Under the pieces are notes generated by a model, which worked only from the letters and a program-made list of their open reading frames with translations, did no database searches and was not told where the DNA came from. Source: an uncultured Clostridium sp. (GTDB lineage Bacteria; Bacillota_I; Bacilli_A; RF39; UBA660). From it: 57,492 bases of DNA. Made by a program: the position numbers and the translations under genes. Positions 53,475-57,492 of the stretch are shown here, in pieces (the first letter of the stretch is position 1; each line of letters starts with the position of its first letter). Location: the NCBI GenBank assembly GCA_964649575.1, contig CAZYRI010000002.1:1-57492 (forward strand), given 5' to 3'.

Positions 53475-54068
53475 ATGAAATATATATTATATAAAGTTGT
53501 TAGAACAATTTGTTATCCAATATTTTTGTTATTATATAGGCCACAGTTTGTTGGTAGAAAAAATATACCAAGTGATGGTGGTGTTATTCTTGCAGGGAAT
53601 CATACTAATAATTTAGATGCAGCTATTATGTTAGCTGGTCCTAAGAGAGTAGTACATATGCTTGCTAAAAAAGAATTATTTAAAAGTAAAATAAGTAATA
53701 GGTTTTTTAGAAGTATGGGTTGTATTCCAGTAGATAGAAGTATACATGATGAAACTGCTAAAAGTGAAGCTGTTAGTGTTCTTGAGAATAATGAAGTGAT
53801 TGGTATATTTCCAGAAGGTACAGTTAACAGAACTGATAAAATCATATTGCCTTTTAAATATGGAGCTGTATCATTTGCTAAAAAGACTAATTCTTATATA
53901 GTTCCATTTACTATAACAGGTAAATATAAATTATTTAGAAAAAGTATAAAGATTACTTATGGAAAACCATATAAAGTTAAAGATGATTTAGAAAAAGAAA
54001 ATAATAAGCTTATGAATATCATTTCTGATATGCTTAAAAAGGAGAAAGATAGTGAAAAAAGAAAATAA
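53475..54068 (+). CDS. 1-acyl-sn-glycerol-3-phosphate (lysophospholipid) acyltransferase family protein
   Basis: The four LPLAT motifs are NHTNNLD (HX4D), GCIPVDR, FPEGT and IVPFTITG. Confidence 0.85.
   Translation: MKYILYKVVRTICYPIFLLLYRPQFVGRKNIPSDGGVILAGNHTNNLDAAIMLAGPKRVVHMLAKKELFKSKISNRFFRSMGCIPVDRSIHDETAKSEAVSVLENNEVIGIFPEGTVNRTDKIILPFKYGAVSFAKKTNSYIVPFTITGKYKLFRKSIKITYGKPYKVKDDLEKENNKLMNIISDMLKKEKDSEKRK
53718..53770 (+). repeat. 53-nt segment near-identical (1 mismatch) to 56009-56061
   Basis: ggttgtattccagtagatagaagtatacatgatgaaac[t/a]gctaaaagtgaagc is present in both acyltransferase paralogs. Confidence 0.9.
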
Positions 54069-55764
54069 TAATTATCCATGGTTTAAATATTATAAAGATA
54101 TGAATAGTCATATTGAATACCCTGATTCTTCTATGTATTCTTTAGTTAGAAAGTGTGCGATAAAGTATCCATCTAGTATTGCATATTCTTATTTTGGAAA
54201 TAAGGTTACATATAAAAGTTTAATTGCAAAAATAGATGAAGTATCAAGAGCATTTTTAAGATTAGGTGTTAATAAAAGGGATGTTGTGTCTATTATTATG
54301 CCAAATACACCTGAAGCAATAATATGTTTTTATGCTCTTAATAGAATAGGTGTAGTATGTAATATGATTCATCCACTTTCAAGTGAAGAAGAATTTAAGT
54401 ATGATATTAATTTGACTAATACAAAATATGTTATTGTTGCTGATATTGCTTATCAAAAATTAGTTAATATTAAGAATGAACTTAATGTTGAAAAGATAAT
54501 ATATTTACCTATATCAGAAAGTATGGACTCAATTACTAAAATTGGTTATAAACTTACTTCTGGTAGAAATATTTTAAAACCTAGTGGTGAAGATACTATA
54601 ATTTATTCTAAATTTCTTAGTAAAGCTAAATATTATAAAGAAGTTATTGTAGATGATGGAAAAGGAGAAGATACTGCAGTTATCCTTCATAGTGGTGGGA
54701 CTACTGGTAAGCCAAAGGGTATTGTACTTACAAATATGAACTTTAATTCACTTGTATTAAGTGAACTTGAAATTAATAAATGTTTAAAAAATGGTATTAG
54801 TATTCTTGCTATTATGCCTATATTCCATGGTTTTGGTCTTGGATGTACTTTCCATGCTTCTATGGTATCTGGTGGACATGCAATAATATTACCATCTGTT
54901 AATCCTAAAAAATTTGATGAAACACTTCTTAAATATAAACCAAATATTTTAGCTTGTGTACCAAGTGTTTTAGAAGGACTTACTAAAAGTAAAAAGTTAA
55001 AAGATGCAGATTTGTCTTTTATTAAATGCATAATATGTGGAGGAGATACTCTTAGTGGTGAACTTAATAATAGAATAGATAAATTTTTATATGATCATGG
55101 AAGTGATACACATGTTAGAACTGCTTATGGAATGACTGAGTGTACTGCTGGTGTTACTATGATGCCACTTGAAGAAACAAGAGAAGATAGTATTGGTATT
55201 CCTTGTCCTGATTCTTTTATTAAAATATGCGAAGTTGGAACTACAAAAGAATGTATAACTGGTGAAGTGGGTGAAATATGTATAAGTGGACCTACTGTTA
55301 TGAAAGAATATATTAATGATAAAGAAGAAACAGATTTAGTATTAAAAACACATAAAGATGGGAAAGTGTGGTTACATAGTGGTGATCTTGGATATGTTGA
55401 TAGTGATGGTTTTGTATATTTTAAATCAAGAGCTAAAAGAATGATTGTTTCTAGTGGATATAATATTTATCCAGGACAAATAGAACAAATAATACTTAAG
55501 CATCCTTATGTTGAAGCTTGTTCAGTAGTAGGAGTACCTCATCCATATAAAAAGGAAGTAGTTAAAGCTTATATTATTCTTAAGGATGGGCTTGTATTAA
55601 ATAGTGAGATTAAAAAAAGTATAAAAGATTATTGTGAAAAAAATATAGCTAAATATGCATTACCCTATGCTTATGGTTATAGAAAAGAATTTCCTAAAAC
55701 AAAGTTAGGTAAAGTAGCATATAAAGAACTTATAAATGGAGAAAACGATGATGAAGAAGAATGA
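54052..55764 (+). CDS. AMP-binding enzyme (long-chain fatty acid-CoA/ACP ligase family)
   Basis: ILHSGGTTGKPKGIVLTN, YGMTEC, GDLGYVDSDGFVYFKSR, and a C-terminal K (PKTKLGK). 17-nt overlap with the upstream acyltransferase gene. Confidence 0.88.
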   Translation: MKKENNNYPWFKYYKDMNSHIEYPDSSMYSLVRKCAIKYPSSIAYSYFGNKVTYKSLIAKIDEVSRAFLRLGVNKRDVVSIIMPNTPEAIICFYALNRIGVVCNMIHPLSSEEEFKYDINLTNTKYVIVADIAYQKLVNIKNELNVEKIIYLPISESMDSITKIGYKLTSGRNILKPSGEDTIIYSKFLSKAKYYKEVIVDDGKGEDTAVILHSGGTTGKPKGIVLTNMNFNSLVLSELEINKCLKNGISILAIMPIFHGFGLGCTFHASMVSGGHAIILPSVNPKKFDETLLKYKPNILACVPSVLEGLTKSKKLKDADLSFIKCIICGGDTLSGELNNRIDKFLYDHGSDTHVRTAYGMTECTAGVTMMPLEETREDSIGIPCPDSFIKICEVGTTKECITGEVGEICISGPTVMKEYINDKEETDLVLKTHKDGKVWLHSGDLGYVDSDGFVYFKSRAKRMIVSSGYNIYPGQIEQIILKHPYVEACSVVGVPHPYKKEVVKAYIILKDGLVLNSEIKKSIKDYCEKNIAKYALPYAYGYRKEFPKTKLGKVAYKELINGENDDEEE

Positions 55765-56575
55765 TTCACAAAAAGAATTTGGTTATAAATTAATGAGACC
55801 ATTTGTTGCGATGAAATTTAAAGGTAAATATAATCCAGTTATATTTGGTAAAAAGAATATACCAGAAAGTGGTAGTATAGTTGTATGTGGTAATCATAGA
55901 CATGTTGATGATCAATATAATTTTATGATTGCTACTAAAAGAGTAATTCATATGCTTGCAAAAGATGAGTATTTTAAGGGCAAAAAAGAATGGTTTTATA
56001 GAGCGGCTGGTTGTATTCCAGTAGATAGAAGTATACATGATGAAACAGCTAAAAGTGAAGCAAGAGACATACTTAATAATAAAGGAGCAGTCGGACTTTT
56101 TCCAGAAGGTACTCGTAATGAAGTGACTTCAAAGGAAGAAGAAATACAAAAGATTTCAAAGATACTTAATATAAGTAAGGAAGAAGTATTATTAAAATTA
56201 AAGAATAAATGTACTAGAACTACACAAGTTAATTTACTTATAGAACTTTCTAAAGAACATAAAATTACAAAAGATGAATTAAAAGAATATATATTAGATG
56301 CTGATAATGCTTTACTTAAACTATATAAAAAGAAAATAATAACTAAAGAAGAATATAGAGAATCTTTATTATTACCATTTAAATTTGGGGCAGTAAGTTT
56401 AGCTAAAAAGACTGGTTCATTAATTATTCCTTTTGCGACAGTTGGAGATTATAATGGAGAAAAGGATCAATTAATAACTAGAATTGGTGAACCTATTGAT
56501 ATTTCTTCAATGGAATTAGAAGCCGCTAATAAATTACTTAGAGAAAAAATAATAGATTTGATGCAAAAAATCTAA
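55748..56575 (+). CDS. LPLAT-family acyltransferase paralog carrying an ~82-aa helical insertion
   Basis: Motifs are NHRHVDD (HX4D), GCIPVDR and FPEGTRN. An insertion at about 56119-56365 follows, then LPFKFGAVSLAKKTGSLIIPFATVG. The ORF opens at 55736, but the RBS GGAG favours 55748. It overlaps the ligase gene. Confidence 0.8.
   Translation: MMKKNDSQKEFGYKLMRPFVAMKFKGKYNPVIFGKKNIPESGSIVVCGNHRHVDDQYNFMIATKRVIHMLAKDEYFKGKKEWFYRAAGCIPVDRSIHDETAKSEARDILNNKGAVGLFPEGTRNEVTSKEEEIQKISKILNISKEEVLLKLKNKCTRTTQVNLLIELSKEHKITKDELKEYILDADNALLKLYKKKIITKEEYRESLLLPFKFGAVSLAKKTGSLIIPFATVGDYNGEKDQLITRIGEPIDISSMELEAANKLLREKIIDLMQKI
56009..56061 (+). repeat. Partner copy of the 53-nt near-identical segment
   Basis: See 53718-53770. 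Confidence 0.9.
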
Positions 56576-56613
56576 TATTATTATATAATGTATGTATGAG
56601 TGAGGTGTAAACC

Positions 56614-57492
56614 ATGAAATTTATTTTAACTGCTGGTGGAACTGGAGGACATATTTATCCAGCTTTATCTGTCTTAGATGAAATAAAAAAAGATAAAAGT
56701 AATGAGTATTTATACATTGGAACTAAAAATAGAATGGAAAATGATTTAATTCCAAGTATGGGTATTCCATATGAAGGAATTGAAATATATGGATTTTCTA
56801 AAACTAATATAATTAGAGATATTAAGAATATTAATTGTATTTCTTCTTCATATAAGAAATGTTTAAAGATAATGGATGAATTTAAGCCTGATGCAGTAAT
56901 TGCATTTGGTGGTTATGTAACATTACCAGTGTGCTTAGCTGCTAAAAAAAGAGGTATAAGTGTATTTTTACATGAACAGAATATGTTACCTGGAAAAACT
57001 AATATATTCTTATCATCTAAAGTTGATGCAGTATTTGTTTCATTTAAAGATGGTACTAGGAAATTAAAATGTAAAAACATTATTTATACAGGTAATCCAG
57101 TTAGTCAAAGAGCAATTGAAACTAAAAAATATAATAAAATTGACTTAGGTTTTTCAAAAGATAAAAAATTAATTATTATAGTTATGGGTTCTCTTGGAAG
57201 TACATCTGTTAATGAAAGATTACTTGATTTTCTAAGAAGTTATGAAAGAGATGATACTGAAATATTATTTATTACAGGTAAAAAGAGTTATGCTGATTTA
57301 AATAATAATTTAATAATTCCTAAAAGTACTAAAATAGTTCCATTCTTTGATAATCTACCAAGTTTAATGAAGAGTGCGGACTTAATAATATCAAGAGCTG
57401 GTGCTTCTACAATAGCTGAAATAATGGCTACTAAAACACCATCAATATTAATTCCAAGTCCATATGTAGCAAATAATCACCAATATTATAAT
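56614..57492 (+). CDS. murG: UDP-N-acetylglucosamine--N-acetylmuramyl-(pentapeptide) pyrophosphoryl-undecaprenol GlcNAc transferase MurG, 3'-truncated by the window edge
   Basis: It is absent from the ORF track because it runs off the window. I translated it by hand: RBS GAGGTG, then ATG 56614, then MKFILTAGGTGGHIYPALSV...GGYV..P...AA........HEQN..PG..N. The final part, SRAGASTIAEI, is also typical. Confidence 0.88.
   Translation, partial: MKFILTAGGTGGHIYPALSVLDEIKKDKSNEYLYIGTKNRMENDLIPSMGIPYEGIEIYGFSKTNIIRDIKNINCISSSYKKCLKIMDEFKPDAVIAFGGYVTLPVCLAAKKRGISVFLHEQNMLPGKTNIFLSSKVDAVFVSFKDGTRKLKCKNIIYTGNPVSQRAIETKKYNKIDLGFSKDKKLIIIVMGSLGSTSVNERLLDFLRSYERDDTEILFITGKKSYADLNNNLIIPKSTKIVPFFDNLPSLMKSADLIISRAGASTIAEIMATKTPSILIPSPYVANNHQYYN

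Overview
A 57.5-kb chromosomal fragment from a very AT-rich Bacillota (Firmicutes) genome, coded almost entirely on the + strand. No transposase, integrase, CRISPR array or rRNA is visible.

Housekeeping content:
- uppS.
- The B. subtilis-like block ireB-ruvX-DUF1292-mltG-trmR-U32-U32, then greA, tig and tex (on the - strand).
- tRNA-Ser(GCT), gltX, tRNA-Arg(TCT), hemW and a heterodimeric ABC exporter pair.
- A dcw cluster, mraZ-rsmH-ftsL-pbp ... murG. It has a clear MraZ operator but is interrupted by about 7.3 kb of other genes.
- Sporulation-type genes (spoIIIAH-like, gerE-like, gerM, sirA-like plus yneF), which point to an endospore-forming or formerly spore-forming Clostridia/Erysipelotrichia-type lineage.

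Accessory content worth attention:
1. A three-gene module duplicated in tandem at 33.2-38.0 kb, with a diverged third copy at 51.1-53.4 kb. Each module has a Sec-secreted protein with a shared, unrecognised N-domain, variable middle domains and a very Cys-rich tail. The two tandem copies are each followed by two paralogous Cys-pair lipoproteins; the third by one unrelated lipoprotein. I cannot assign it to any described system, and it is the best candidate for something new.
2. A dockerin-tagged papain-like protease next to a membrane-anchored protein with a cohesin-like domain.
3. A LysR-headed set of two operons encoding methyltransferase, CYTH, SDR, kinase-like, cupin, nucleotidyltransferase, Nudix and decayed GNAT proteins.
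4. A hybrid histidine kinase plus an Hpt-REC phosphorelay with no output domain.
5. A plsC-like / AMP-ligase / plsC-like operon resembling a split Aas system.
6. At the left edge, a GC-rich, A-poor 3' gene end that looks like the variable region of a diversity-generating retroelement.

All calls rest on reading the translations and the DNA by eye. Domain boundaries are approximate.
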